Assembly (NCBI GenBank): GCA_951406725.2
Contig: OX597835.1
Span: 21,266,001 to 21,330,000 of the forward strand
Source: Octopus vulgaris
Lineage: Eukaryota
Direction: 5' to 3'
DNA length: 64,000 nt
Below are positions 41,019 to 60,249 of this stretch, piece after piece (position 1 is the first letter of the stretch; every line of letters starts with the position of its first letter). The notes under the pieces were generated by a model, which worked only from the letters and a program-made list of their open reading frames with translations, made no database searches and was not told where the DNA came from. The position numbers were made by a program, and so were the translations under genes.

Positions 41019-41403
41019 GTGGAGGCGCAATGGCCCAGTGGTTAGGGCAGCGGACTCGCGGTCATAGGATCGTGGTTTCGATTCCCAGACCGGGCGTTGT
41101 GAGTGTTTATTAAGCGAAAACACCTAAAAGTTCCACGAGGCTCCGGCAGGGGATGGTGGTGATCCCTGCTGTACTCTTTCACCACAACTTTCTCTCACTT
41201 TTACTTCCTGTTTCTGTTGTACTTGTATTTCAAAGGCCGGCCTTGTCACTCTCTGTGTCACGCTGAATATCCCCGAGAACTACGTTAAGGGTGCACGTGT
41301 CTGTGGAGTGCTCAGCCACTTACACGTTAATTTCACGAGCAGGCTGTTCCGTTGATTCGGATCAACCGGAACCCTCGTCGTTGTAACCGACGGAGTGCTT
41401 CCA
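41019..41403 (+). mobile_element. SINE family A
   Basis: Colinear with 530-914. Confidence 0.92.
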
Positions 41404-41944
41404 CACACCTCTGTAAATATAGAAAACTCTTTCGGTGTTTCATCAAATCGCGATAATACTGAATAAATTACAAAAACACTGAATAAAAATATTTATACAG
41501 ATTTTATTCCTTTTCTGAAGTGTGTATACATTTTTTGGCGGACTCTGTATTCTCCAACAGCAAGAAGACTTTCGAGGACTCCTTGTGGGAACCCCATAAA
41601 TTTTTAGTTACTCTTACTACTTAGGTAAAGATTATCTCTCTGTCGTCCTTCTCCAATCTATAGATCCATACTCAGAACAGGCCCGTTTATTTAGACGATC
41701 TTTGCCACTCTCATCCACCCGTCAAGAAACATTCTTCTCCATCCTCATTTTCCTTACCAAGTGAAACTTGGCAACGCTGATGAGAGTTTTCTTCAACGAG
41801 GAAGGTATCTGTCCTTTCAATCTCGTCCCCAATTCGTCCACAATTACCTTCGCCAAAGGCACAACCACATAGGTAACAGCTGCTATTTTTGCTGTTGTTT
41901 AAGCTCATGTCAACCATAATCGCCCCGACCTCCGTTCAAAAACG

Positions 41945-42110
41945 CTCTGGCTATCGTCTGCTCTCAGACGGCTGAATTTCATGCGTCGCCATCTTGGTTA
42001 TCCATGGCCTGCGTTTATTAGAATCCATCTATCTTAAGTCCGTCCAATTCTTCATATTATTCATCCACGCAAGTCTTGGTTTTGCTCTACCATTTTCCCC
42101 ATTTATTATC
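41945..42110 (-). mobile_element. Decayed RTE LINE 3' end
   Basis: GENGRAKPRLAWMNNMKNWTDL resembles the RTE C-terminal G.RGRGRPR..W.D motif. Confidence 0.5.
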
Positions 42111-42941
42111 AGTCCCTGTAATCCAAGTTTTCTTCTAATTAAGTATCAAAGATATTTCAATTTTCTTTCCCGCATGGCATCTCATAAAATTTTCATAATT
42201 TTAGTGTGTCTGGTAATTTTTTTCTTTTTAATTTTTTAACACTTCATCATTGATATTTGTATTTTCCCCAGGATATTCACAAAATGCCTTTTGTATGATT
42301 TGAACTCCCATAACGAAACACTTATTCATTGATTACACAATTATATTCGTGCTTCGTGTTTGCAATCGTAATCTTCCACTGACTTCTTAAGGTGCCAGTC
42401 TACAATAACGGACAGGTTTAAAGTATCATATTTTGGCACGGTTCTACTACTACTGCTGTTATCTTCTGTGCAATCGTTACTACCACTCCCACTATTGTCA
42501 TTGCTGCTGCTGCTACTGCTGGTGATGTTGGTCCAAAGAACATTCATAAGTTTGTCTTCAATGTCCCTGCGTATTTTCATAATTCTAGTTAGCTCTTGTT
42601 TCATATGTTATGATTAATATAAAGCTTTCCTTTCATAAGTCTGAAGTTACTCTGGTGAATGAAAACAACAACAACAGCAACAACAACAAAAAGACTGAGA
42701 ATGTGTATCATATATGATACCCATGTATTGACGCCGGGGAAATAGGTTTTGTGTATTAAGTGGGAATCACAGAAACAGACAAAAGGTTAAGGGAGATTAG
42801 ACGGTTATTTCTAGTAGCTCAATCGATCTTTAAAGATTCTCTTCCTTCTCTCTCTATCGTTCTCTCTGTCTCTCTTTCAACATTCCTCTCTTTCATTCTC
42901 TTTCTTTTTCTCGCTTTCCCATCCTTTTCTCCGTCTCTCCC

Positions 42942-42979
<38 letters not shown>

Positions 42980-43436
42980 TCTGTCATTGGCTAGTCAAGG
43001 GTATCACACTTAGAACTACTAATCAGTCGACCGATACAGCAACATCGATATCTAAATGGACATCTCCGACTAATTTCCTGAGTAACATCCATAAAATACA
43101 CAGTTGTTAGGCATTTATACGGTTTAAGGTATTACATCTTCCAATGTAGACTGGGACATGTAAACATGGATGGTTCTGGAATAGGAAACTTGTGCGAATC
43201 TATTCGTCAACTACGACTAACTGTCGTCATTTAATTACTATTGGTAAAATTGACTGGAAACGCTGCAAAGGAAACTAATTTGATTCACCAATGTTAATGA
43301 CATGGATTGCAAAAGTAACATTTCGCTATAAAACCAAATTTACACTAACGTGTCAAAATATTGTCTCTGCGTCATGAATCTACATTATCATCATCATCAT
43401 CATCATTATCGCCGTCATTATTATTATTATTATTAC

Positions 43437-43476
<40 letters not shown>

Positions 43477-43529
43477 GAGAGAGCAGTGCTTGCCATCGAA
43501 GTGACACTGGGGTAAAATATACGAAGCCC

Positions 43530-48545
<5,016 letters not shown>

Positions 48546-49458
48546 GAAGAGTTTATAATACAGGCTGTGTTCTCATGAAGCACAGCCGCACATATTCCAG
48601 TAATCAAACGTCTGTATGTTGATGTTTTATTTTATATAAAACTGTCATACATACCCGGCGAAGTTCCTGACGATTCATAATATTTGCTCTGTAAGTATAT
48701 ATTAAATGTATGACTGGAAAATGTTGGTATATTTTTATTTCCGTGTAATTACCTAGAATTAAGAATATATCAAAATTTTCTGCTCTATCTCTCTTCTCTC
48801 CTCTCTCTCTCTTTCACCATCTCTCTCTCTCTGTTCTCTCTATATCTCCCTCTCTCTCTCTCTCTCTCTTGCTCTCTGTACATATATTAAGGGTTTAGTG
48901 TCAACCATCTTGTCATAAAAATTTAATAAGCATGTATTCTTCTACAACGTATTGTGTAACTTGTCAGTTAAATACTAAACTGTTGTTAGGTATATAATTT
49001 GACTCCAGCATTGAAGCGAGAGCATGGAACTTTAGAAGTCTAAAACCACACGATTGCTTTTCATATTCTGAGGTCAATGACATATAAAGTACCACTCTAG
49101 CACCTGCCTGCTCGCAAAAACCATATATATGCGGATTTGTGCCTATGTTAGATGATATTAAGAACGGAACGATATCAGAACCGTTAGCGAGTCGGACAAA
49201 ATGCTTAGCAGAAGTTCTTTCGACTACTCATTATATTACGAGTTCAAACTCTACCGAGGTCGACTTTGCCTTTTATCCATTCGGTGTCGGTAAATTAAGT
49301 ACCAGTGAAGTATTGGGGTTGATGTAAACTACTTGCCCCTCCTCTCAAAAATTGCTTGCCTTGAACCTAAATTTGAATCAGTTACAGAGATTGTACAACC
49401 CTTGTCTTGAGTCTACACGCTGTACAAATCGACGCACTGTAACTAATTACCACATACT

Positions 49459-50055
49459 TATTTCTTTATTGCCTACAAGGGGCTAAACATAGAGGGGACA
49501 AAAAAGGACAGACAAAGGGATAAAGTCGTTTACATCGATCCCAGCGCGTAACTGGTACTTAATTTGTCGAACCCGAAAGGATGAAAGGCAAAGTCGACCT
49601 CGGCGGAATTTGAACTCAGAACGTAGCGGCAGACGAAATACCTGTTTCTTTACTACCCACAGGGTGCTAAACACAGAGGGGACAAACAAGGACAGACAAA
49701 TGGATTATGTCGATTATATCGACCCCAGTGCGTAACTGGTACTTATTTAATTGACCCCCGAAAGGATGAAAGGCAAAGTCGACCTCGGTGGAATTTGAAC
49801 TCAGAACGTAGCGGTAGACGAAATACCTGTTTCTTTACTACTTACAAGGAGCTAAATAGAGGGAGGTTAAACAAGGATAGACACACGGATTAAGCTGATT
49901 ACATCGACCCCAGTGCGTTACTGGTACTTATTTAATCGACCCCGAAAGGATGAAAGGCAAAGTTGACCACGGCGGAATTTGAACTCAGAACGTAGCGGCA
50001 GACAAAATACCACTAAGCATTTCGCCCGGCGTGCTAACGTTTCTGCCAGCTCGTC
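49459..50055 (-). mobile_element. SINE family C trimer
   Basis: Junctions at 49642/49643 and 49827/49828. Confidence 0.9.
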
Positions 50056-50276
50056 TAATTACTATCTGTATATTCTAAAAACACATCGGTCAATGTAGTC
50101 AGCAATACTACGTAATAATACGTAATAATACGTAGTAATACGTGGTAGTGCACTGAGCTGGCAGCATCGTCAGGCAAAATTCTTAGCGGCATTTCAGATT
50201 CCACCGAGCGCAACTATACCCTCCATCCTTCCCAGATCGATAAAATAAGTAGCAGTTAAGCACTGGAGTCGATATA

Positions 50277-50509
50277 TATTTCTTTACTACCCACAAGGGG
50301 CTAAACATAGAGGGGACAAACAAGGACTGACAAATGGATTAAGTCTATTACATCGACCCCAGTGCGTAACTGGTACTTAATTTATTGACCCCGAAAGGAT
50401 GAAAGGCAAAGTCGACCTCGGCGGAATTTGAACTCAGAAAGTAGCGGCAGACGAAATACCGCTAAGCATTTCGCCCGGCGCGCTAACGTTTCTGCCAGCT
50501 CGTCGCCTT
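50277..50509 (-). mobile_element. SINE family C monomer inside an older antisense copy
   Basis: 15-bp TSD ACTGGAGTCGATATA. Confidence 0.92.
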
Positions 50510-50687
50510 ACTGGAGTCGATATAATCGATTTAACCCCTCACCCGCACTTGCGAAGGCGGCGTGTGGACAGAATTGTTAACAATCCGATCGAAATGGAAA
50601 TTTAAGGAGGTGCACAGAGACACAGAACATACATGTTTAATATTTCTTTCATATTGATCTTAAAGTTTCCAATCACTGGTAACATTA

Positions 50688-50757
<70 letters not shown>

Positions 50758-50936
50758 AGACGATGGCTTAGTTGGCAAAAACTTCGATGTTACTGTCAAT
50801 AACATTCTTGCATAAGAAAAACAAATTTGTATTCTACAAAAGTATAGAGTAACCCATCAGATTAATGTAAAACTGTTTTTGTTATAACTAAGCATAAAAA
50901 ACACAAAAACAAACATATATATATATATACATATAT

Positions 50937-50970
<34 letters not shown>

Positions 50971-50995
50971 ATACATACATACATACATACATACA

Positions 50996-51031
<36 letters not shown>

Positions 51032-51401
51032 CACAAACACACATACATATATGTATGGGTGCATGCATATGTGTGTATGTGCATGTATATATGTGTGTGT
51101 GTGTGTGTATGCGTGTGTATGTGTATGTGTGTGCAAGAGAAACGAAATTGTCTAACTCCTTTATTTATAGATTTATTTATTTATTTGTTTTCGCTTTGTG
51201 CTTTTGCGTGTGCTTTTGTTTTTGTTTTTTTAGTTTTTTATTATCTTTTGATAGAACTGTAATTTTCTTTTCAGAAAAGCTAACTGTTCACTGGTCTTTA
51301 AATTATACTTTTGTATAACAGACACGCTGCCACCACCATCACCACCACCACCACCATATGTACAAGCAGACGCACACACACACACATATATATATACATA
51401 T

Positions 51402-51448
<47 letters not shown>

Positions 51449-51449
51449 C

Positions 51450-51487
<38 letters not shown>

Positions 51488-52120
51488 TTACAAACATACT
51501 GTTATAGGTGTGTCCGTGAGTGCGTGTATTCGTGTGTGTGTGTGAATAGTTACAGATATGTGTACGTACACACGCGTACTACGCACACACATTTCACCAT
51601 TGAGACACTTTCACCATAGAGCACACACGCATATATTTACGACATACAGACACACACATTAAAAGCATACGCATATATAAATATATACACATATACATAA
51701 GCGTATTGGAAATTATACTAATGTAAAAATACACATTCAGAGATAATATGTTACACACACATAGGTGTATAGAAACACACACAGAAATATAGGGACATCC
51801 GCGCATGCACACAGCTACTCGTATACAAAAACACGTACACACATCCTTCTACCCACAAAACACGGAAGAAATATATACACTCGCACTGACACCAAGAAAC
51901 CCACAGAAAAAATATTATAGACATATATACTCTTAAAACATACTAACGCGCGCTTGTGTGTATGCGCGTGCGCTTATGTGTGTGACTATCTGTGTGTGTG
52001 TTCGAATTCGTAGAGAAAAATAGATACATACATATATACATTCATACATAGACATATATACATATATATATATGTATATATATGTATATATATATATATT
52101 TGTGTGTGTATGTATCTATA

Positions 52121-52227
<107 letters not shown>

Positions 52228-52324
52228 TGTATATGTATATACACGCACACACGTACGGGTCCAACGCTTGCTTAAAATCTCAAAAATACACATATGGAAA
52301 CACACACACATACACACTTCATAC

Positions 52325-52427
52325 CTTTTATACGTTTTATGCCGCCATATTCGAATAGTAGCCATACTACCAGGCAGCCATACATCTTTACTTTAAACGT
52401 TTTTAACTGTTGATGTCCGGGAGCCAT
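52325..52427 (-). CDS. Candidate first coding exon, signal-peptide-like ([34 protein letters not shown] + G, phase 1)
   Basis: AAAAATGG start context, hydrophobic core and donor AAG|GTATGA in a unique island between microsatellites. No homology evidence. Confidence 0.28.
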
Positions 52428-53622
52428 TTTTGTTTTGGCGTTCCTCCAAAGACTGGAAATGTCAATCTGTTCCTGTCTATATTATTGGCCATTTTAAATG
52501 TGTGTTCGCTGTTTGCTAAGATTATCGGTAAATCTCTCTGTTTACAAGAATTACAAGACACAAGGTGACTGTTAAATCTTTCTTTTCTGAAATTCTTTAT
52601 TACGTTTGTTTGCCACCCGACCACATCCTCCATTATCAAACACACACGCCGCGTACACACACATTCAAATCCCCTTAAACAAACAGACATATATACATTC
52701 ACGCAAACATTCTCTCTCTCTCTCTCCCTCTCTCTATCTATATATCTATCTATCTATCTATATATCTATCTATCTATCTATCTATCTCTCTATCTATCTA
52801 TCTCTCTATCTATCTATCATCTATCTAACTATCTATCTATCTCTCTATCTATCTATCTCTCTATCTCTCTATCTATCTATCTATCTATCATCTATCTATC
52901 TATCTATCAATTAATATATCTATATTTCTCTCGCTTTCTTTCTTCTCTCTCTTTCTTTCTCCCTTCTTTCTCTCTCTTTCGCTGTCAATCTATCTGTCTG
53001 TATCTACCTATGTATCTCTCTTTTACTCTTTTACTCTTTTACTTGTTTCAGTCATTTGACTGCGGCCATGCTGGAGCACCGCCTTTATCTATCTATCTTA
53101 CTTTCTGTCATTATTTATCTGTCTGTATGTATGTCTATTTGTGTTTGTGTGTGCGTGAGCGCGCACATATCTATATATATATACATCTATCTTGCTATTT
53201 TTCACTCTATCCACTTAATTATCCATGGGCATAAGTGTATGTGTTTTGTGTGTGTATTAAGACGAGGTTTACTAAATACATCCTTTTTTATATATATTAA
53301 CAGAACAGAACCCATTTGTTTATAAAAGATATACAGGGGAAGCACAATTCCTAAAATACTGACTGCGGCAGTTACAGCAGATAGATAATTCACCACGCTG
53401 GGGCAGTATCTACATAATTACCGGGTATGTAGACTATTGAATAGAGATGCACAGGGTGTAGATAGTAATGTTGTATAAAGTATTGAATGGAGTGGCACAT
53501 TGTGGTCTATGTTGACTGTTTACAGATTAAAATAACACAATGTGTATAAATTGGTCTAAAATTTTGACACAAGACCAGTAATTTCGGTGTAGGAGTTGAG
53601 TCAATTGGTACTTCTTTCCTCG

Positions 53623-54024
53623 AAGGCGGCGAGCTGGCAGAAACGTTAGCACGCCGGGCGAAATGCTTAGCGGTATTTCGTCTGTGTTACGTTGTGAGTT
53701 CAAATTTCGCCGAGGTCGACTTTGCCTTTCATCCTTTCGGGGTCGATAAATTAAGTACCATATACGCACTGGGGTCGATGTAATCGACTTAATACCTATG
53801 TCTGTCCTTGTTTGTCCCCTCTGTGTTTAGCCCCTTGTGGGTAATAAAGAAATAGGTATTTCGTCTGCGTTACGTTGTGAGTTCAAATTCCGCCGAGGTC
53901 GACTTTGCCTTTCATCCTTTCGGGGTCGATAAATTAAGTACCAGTTACGTAATCGACTTAATACCTATGTCTGTCCTTGTTTGTCCCCTCTGTGTTTCTG
54001 CCCCTTGTGGGTAATAAAGAAATA
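53623..54024 (+). mobile_element. SINE family C dimer inside an older antisense copy
   Basis: 16-bp TSD GGTACTTCTTTCCTCG, junction at 53855. Confidence 0.92.
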
Positions 54025-54304
54025 GGTACTTCTTTCCTCGCCCCTGAAAAGATGAAAGTCAAAGTCGACCTCGGCGAAATTTGAACTCAGAACACGAAGA
54101 CGGAGGAAATACCGTTAAGATTTTTTAACTGGTGTGCTAATGGTTCTGGCGGTTTCGTCGCCTCACAATGTGTATATATTCACAGCGTGTATACAATTGA
54201 CAATATATAGAATTTTACAGTATTTATGAAGACCTATCTCACTTTCTTTCCCTTTCACTTTTTCTCTCTTTCCCCCTCTCTCTCTCTCTCTCTTTCTCTC
54301 TCTG

Positions 54305-54678
54305 TTCTTTTACACGTTTCAGGCATTTCACTGCGGCCATGCTGAAGCACCGCCTTAAAGGGCTTTTTAGTTGAAGAAATAGACCCAGGACATATTCTTT
54401 GTAAGCCTAGCACTTATTCTGTCGGTCCCTTTTGTCGAACCGCTATATTACGGGGACATAAAGACACCACCATTGTCTGTAAAGCGTTGGTGGCGGTGAG
54501 ACAAATATATATATATATATATACGACAGGCTTCTTTCAGTTTCCGTCTACCAAATCCACTCACAGGGCTTTGGTCGGCTCGAGGCTATAGTAGAAGACA
54601 TTTGCCCAAGGTCCCACTGAACACGGAACCAGGTCGTCGGAAAGCAAACTTCTTACCACACACACACACCTGCGGCTA
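54305..54678 (-). mobile_element. SINE family B (diverged). Further partial or diverged copies at 17305-17500, 27085-27370, 28925-29095, 53020-53085, 56183-56570
   Basis: Shared GGTGCTCCAGCATGGCCGCAG tail and/or GTGAGTGGATTTGGTAGACGGAAACTG body. Confidence 0.8.
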
Positions 54679-54690
54679 TATGTACACGCA

Positions 54691-54798
<108 letters not shown>

Positions 54799-55761
54799 CA
54801 TACATACATACACACACACACAGATTCTATGCAATTATTCGAAGTGAAAATTTACGTAATCTTTGCGGTTTTAGATATTAGAGAGTCACTTCATCAGACT
54901 TGCATGAGAGGTGTGCTGTTACGCTGTGTGTCTTCCAGGCATTGCTGGGAAGAAGTAGTAGAAGAAGAAGAAGAAGAAGAAGAAGAAGAAGAAGAAGAAG
55001 AAGAAGAAGAAGAAGAAGAAGAAGAAATGAAGTGTTTTGCTCAAGAACACAACGCGTAGCCCGGTCTAGGAATCGAAACCACAATCTTACGATCATGATG
55101 CTGACACTCTAACCACTAAGCCACGCGCCTCCACGCGATGGCTTATCAGTGAGACGAAATTAGGATAATGAAGAGATTCCTCTTATGCTTTCGATATGAA
55201 AGACAAAAAAAAGGGGGGGTTAGTCCTGCAGAGCTATTTTACAGTTCATTCGCTGTTCCTCAAGCACATGACCGAATTCTGTCTTGAAGCTATAATATAT
55301 ATAGAATGCATGTGATTACTTGAAGTTGCTTACAGAGAGAAAGAGTGTGTCATTATGAGATACAGAGAGGGTGAATATTCTCCTTAATGGGAGAGAACCG
55401 CTACAGTATTTATATTTTATCTTTTGTTCCTTTATTGTATCTGGGGAGAGTCATTTTCTTTTTGTACCTTATTATGTAACACACTGACCGGTAAAATTTC
55501 CACGTTTTTCTTATTTTTATTGTCCTAAAATAAGGCACAAAAGGAAAATGACTCTCCCCAGATACAATAGAATATGCTTTAATACACGAACTCATATAAA
55601 GAATTTTGTTCCTTTGTTTTCCTTATCGTAAGAGGTCTTTTCCTTATTAGTGAACGAGTATATGATGTTTTCATAGTTCAATAAAATCCATTTATTGGCT
55701 ATTCCAGTAATTATAGAATGTTCTTCTAAATATAAAACAGTCAGGAATTAAGCTATTACCG

Positions 55762-56780
55762 TAATGAGTAGCTTCATTTGCATATTTCTGTATTGTTTAT
55801 TAACTAGTCATGAAATAAACATGATACGTTTTATGCAAATCGCTAATTCAATCAAATTTACTGGAATATATTTAGAAAACCTAAGGCGGCGAGCTGGCAG
55901 AGTTGTTAGCACGCCGGGCGAAATACGTGGTCATATTTCGTCTGCCGTTACGTTCTGAGTTCAAATTCCGCCGAGGTCGACTTTGCCTTTCATCCTTTCG
56001 GGGTCGATAAATTAAGTACCAGTTGCGCACTGGGGTCGATGTAATCGACTTAGTCCCTTTGTCTGTCCTTGTTTGTCCTGTCTGTGTTTGCCCCCGTGTG
56101 GGTAGTAAAGAAATATATATTTAGAAAACCTTTTAACTGTGTGATGAAGTTTTAAGAATATAAACATATTTAGAAACGTGTTTGTGTGGTAAGCACTTGC
56201 TTACCACACGGTCCCGGTTTCAGTCCTGCTGCGTGGGACATTGAGCAAATGTCTTCAAATATAGCCTAGGGCCGAGAAAAACCTTGTGAGTGGATTTGGT
56301 AAACGGAAACTGAAAGAACCTCGTCGTATATATATTTTATTGTATGTATGTCTTTGTCATTGTGTTTGTCCCCTACCCAAACCACAGCATGACAACCGGT
56401 GTGGGTGTGTTTACGTCCCTGTAACATATCACTTAGACAAAAGAAACCGATGGAATAAGCGCAAGACTTTAAAGAAATAAAAAAGTACCGGAGTTATTTC
56501 ATTCGACTAAAACTTGTTAAAGGCGATGCTCCAGCATGGCTGCAGTCTAATGACTGAAACAAGTGAAAGACAAAAAAAGAAAGACGTTTCTTCGGTATAT
56601 TCAGTTTGAAGTAAGCAGTGAGTGAAACATTTGATGAAGCGTTCTGCTGTGTGTTGATCGCTGCTTTCTTTCTACAAGTGACAGCTGCCTACAAAGCAGC
56701 GATGAATTAAATTATTAGCATAATGGTTAGCTTCATTTGCATATTAATGCTTGTCATTCATTCAACACTATATTGTTTAA
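55762..56780. promoter_or_regulatory. Candidate POU/homeodomain enhancer: duplicated TAATG..TAGCTTCATTTGCATATT
   Basis: 25-bp motif at 55762-55786 and 56721-56745 (23/25 identical), containing the octamer ATTTGCAT. Confidence 0.4.
55883..56115 (+). mobile_element. SINE family C monomer
   Basis: 16-bp TSD TATATTTAGAAAACCT. Confidence 0.93.
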
Positions 56781-57267
56781 TTACACCACAACTTCAATCA
56801 GAAAAACCGAAAGAAGATATTTGAAAGAAAGTTGTTGTGAGGATCATGACAAATTTTTTTAGCTGAGTCCTTTGTTGATCTACGTTGTTATACGAGATTA
56901 AGCAAGCCCAGATCAAATAGATTCCTAGCAAGGCCAACATATCCTTCCTTTGACAGGAAATAATTTGTTTTGATGAATATTTGACTTCTATTTTAAGTTA
57001 GTCGAGCTAAAACGTTGAGTGTCCCTCATTAGTTTAAAATAAGAATGGTTTCAATCTCAACACATGAATAATTGGTTCGAACGAAATGGAGCCTGAATTA
57101 AACGTATAGATTTTTATTCTTTTATTGACTCTCTGAATTTCATGAAACACAAAGTTGATCTTGGCGTGGTATGAAACTCAGTACGATATTTTATCGACGA
57201 CTCAACTGATTTTGTTGCACTGCCCTTGCCAAATAGTATAACACGCAACCGAGTCATCCATCACTCT

Positions 57268-57335
<68 letters not shown>

Positions 57336-58060
57336 GCGAAAGCTGTAAATACTTGGGCAGTGTCATGACTTAAATACTCAGCAACTTTTGAAGATTGGAC
57401 TAAAACTAAACTAGCAAAGCTAAACAGAAGAACTACGAAGGAACTCATTATGAATGAAGGACTCCACCCAGGGGCAGGAGTAGCAAGATTATACCTACAT
57501 AGAAAGGAAAGCGGAAGAGGTGGAGTTAGCTAGAGTAGATATAGACTCCTATGTAGGTAATAGTGAAGAAAGTTTATTAAAAGCTTCTTGAGTTACTACA
57601 AGACACAGGGAAGCCAAAATCTCAAACGACGTTAAAAAACAGAAAAAAGAACAGAGATTATCTGACGGTCAGGAGAAGGCGTTGCATGGTAAATTCCCAA
57701 AGATAGTTGCAGCAAATAGCAGTAGTGAGACAGGGTTAAGGTTGCAGAAATGGAAGCTGGAGAGGGTGACAGAAAGTTTGTTAGTAACTGCACAAGATCA
57801 AGCATTAAGGACTAGTTGGATAAAAGCCAAGAGCGACAAAAACCAAGTTGATTCACAATGTAGATTATTCACATCAAGAGAGGAAATCGTAACTCATATA
57901 CTAAATAATTTTAACATGCTGGCAAAGAAAGAATACAAGAAAAGACATGACAATCTAAAGAGAGCGATCCACTGGGAGCTATGTAGAAAGATAGGATTTG
58001 AACATAGTGATATATAGGATGAACATGGACCTAGTAATGTACTACAAAGTAAGAATTACA
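57336..58060 (+). mobile_element. R4/Dong internal fragment (thumb, CCHC/RHD region), decayed
   Basis: KAVNTWAV...GLHPGAGVARLYLHRKESGRG...LHGKF...TESLLVTAQDQALRT...QCRL...EIVTHIL...LAKKEYKKRHDNLKRAIHWELCRK. The 5' end abuts (AAT)n and the 3' side is interrupted by a SINE. Confidence 0.85.
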
Positions 58061-58399
58061 AGTGCGTAACTGGTACTTATTTAATCGACCCCGAAAGGAT
58101 GAAAGGCAAAGTCGGCCTCGGCGGAATTTGAATTCAGAACGTAACGGCAGACGAAATACCTATTTCTTTACTGCCCACAAGGGGATAAACACAGAGAGGA
58201 CGAGGACAAACAAGAACAGATAAAGGGACTAAGTCGATTACACCGACCCCAGTGCGTAACTGGTACTTATTTAATCGACCTCGAAAGAATGAAAGGCAAA
58301 GTCGACCTCGGCAGAATTTGAACTCAGAACATAGCGGCTGACGAAATACCGCTAAACATTTCGCCCGACGTGCTAACGATTCTGCCAGCTCACCGCCTT
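58061..58399 (-). mobile_element. SINE family C dimer (3' unit incomplete)
   Basis: Junction at 58160/58161. Confidence 0.88.
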
Positions 58400-59694
58400 A
58401 GAGATATTTCTGCTATTCTCAGCATGTGGAGCAAACGCATAGAGATACCATTATTGGCTCAAAGTCTGACAGTTTGTCTTTGGTGGTTATTGTGCTGGCG
58501 ATAGATGTAGTGGTAACAATAGGGGTAGTGGTGATGGTGGTGAAGATATTTGTGGTGGTAATGGTGACGATGGTGGTTTTGGCGGTGGTGCTTTCGGCGG
58601 TGATAGTAGTGGTCGTGGTGGTGATGAGCGTAGAGGGTGAAGGTGGTTGTAGTAGTGGTTGGGGTAACGGTGGCGCTAGCGGTAGTGATGTTAGGAGCCG
58701 TGGTTATGATAGACTTAGTCGTTTTCGAAGTAATGGGTGTTGGTTGACGGTGACGATGGTTGCTGTGGGAGCGGTGATGGTAGAGTTGCTCGTGGTGATG
58801 GTGGTGGTGGTAGGATGGTGGCAGCGGTAGTGGTATCGCTGGTGGTATCGGAGTGGTTATGGTGGTAGAGGAAGTAGCGTTTGAGATCGTGGTAACGGTT
58901 GTTTTTGTTGATACACTTGCTGTCGTTGTTGCTGTTGTTGTTGTTGTTGTTGCTGTGGTAGTGGTGGTGGTGGTGGTAGTGGTGGTGGTGGTGATGGTGT
59001 AGTATGTGGCGGCGGTGCTATGTACTTTGTGCTTCCATACGATGATTAAAAATTCGTTTACAACTTCTTCACCGCTAGAAGAATTGGTTTTGTGCCAATT
59101 AGCGAAACAAAACCAATATATATTCACGACGACCGTTTTAAATCTATCTTTATATTATTGTTCCAACCAAATGTTATGCCAGCCAACCAATAACATTTAA
59201 AAATCAAAGCGAATTACACGTAAACTTACAGCAAATTATTATACATTCGTTTCTGCTTTTTATGCAAATGACACATAGTTTTCCTGAAATGGAAATACAA
59301 TTGAATTTACCAATCACTAATTGTCACGTAATTAAATCATAATTGATCAGTTTCGGACTTCGATAATAGCTTTTCAAACGGTTTTGTCTTCAATGGTTAC
59401 TGATTTGATAGACGAGACAGACATCTGGAAAATTTTGCGTGTTTTATTGATCTCACTACGTGATTTTCTCTCTCTGTTGTAGTCTATGTAGAATTTGAAA
59501 CTATATAACAGAGGTAGGTTTGTTTAATGTCAAAATATCGATTGCTGTTCACTGGGCCCGAGGCAAATTTTTGGAGAGGAAATGGGTTATAATGAACTAA
59601 AGGAAGTAGGAAGAACCGGTTGAGTAATAGTCAGGCAATATTTTGTTCTGTATTTCGTTACAATTCACCACGTTCTCAGTTCGTATCCCAGATA

Positions 59695-60015
59695 GTGAGG
59701 GCACGTGGCTTAGTGGTTAGGGCATTCGGCTCATGATCGTAAGGTTGTGAGTTCGATTCCCGGCGACGCGTTGTGTCCTTGAGCAAGACACTTTATTTCA
59801 CGTTGCTCCAGTCCACTCAGCTGGCAAAAATGAGTTGTACTTGTACTTCAAAGGGTCAACCTTGTCACTCTCTGTGTCACGCTGATTATCCCCGAGAACT
59901 ACGTTAAGGGTACACGTGTCTGTGGAATGCTCAGCCATTTGCACGTTAATTTCACGAGCAAGCTGTTCCGTTGATCGTATCAGCTAGGACCCTCGTCGTC
60001 GTAACCGGCGGAGTC
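59695..60015 (+). mobile_element. SINE family A variant with a different central domain (CORE/Meta-like GTGTCCTTGAGCAAGACAC...CCAGTCCACTCAGCTG)
   Basis: tRNA head and the same 3' half as family A, TSD ATCCCAGATA. Partial relatives at 32408-32515 (+) and 55025-55133 (-). Confidence 0.85.
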
Positions 60016-60249
60016 TTTTAAAAGAGATCCCAGATAATTCCACTCTATTTTACTTTTCTAAATTCAGTGGTGGATTAATATATTTTTCTGCGATAACAAC
60101 AAACCCTGACGCTTTAGTGGAATGAGTTATTCGATTACATCGGCCCTAGTACGAAAAAATACATTTTTTTCTCCACCTCCTGATGATAAATGGTCAAGTC
60201 GATCTCGGCGGAACTGAATCTCAGAACAGAAGGAAACGGAAGTAATACC

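Noticed and set aside
41760-41800. GAAAC...CTGATGA as a hammerhead
   Set aside because: Stems and cleavage triplet cannot be formed.
42341-42604. 87-aa ORF
   Set aside because: Low-complexity core with no motif or splice support.
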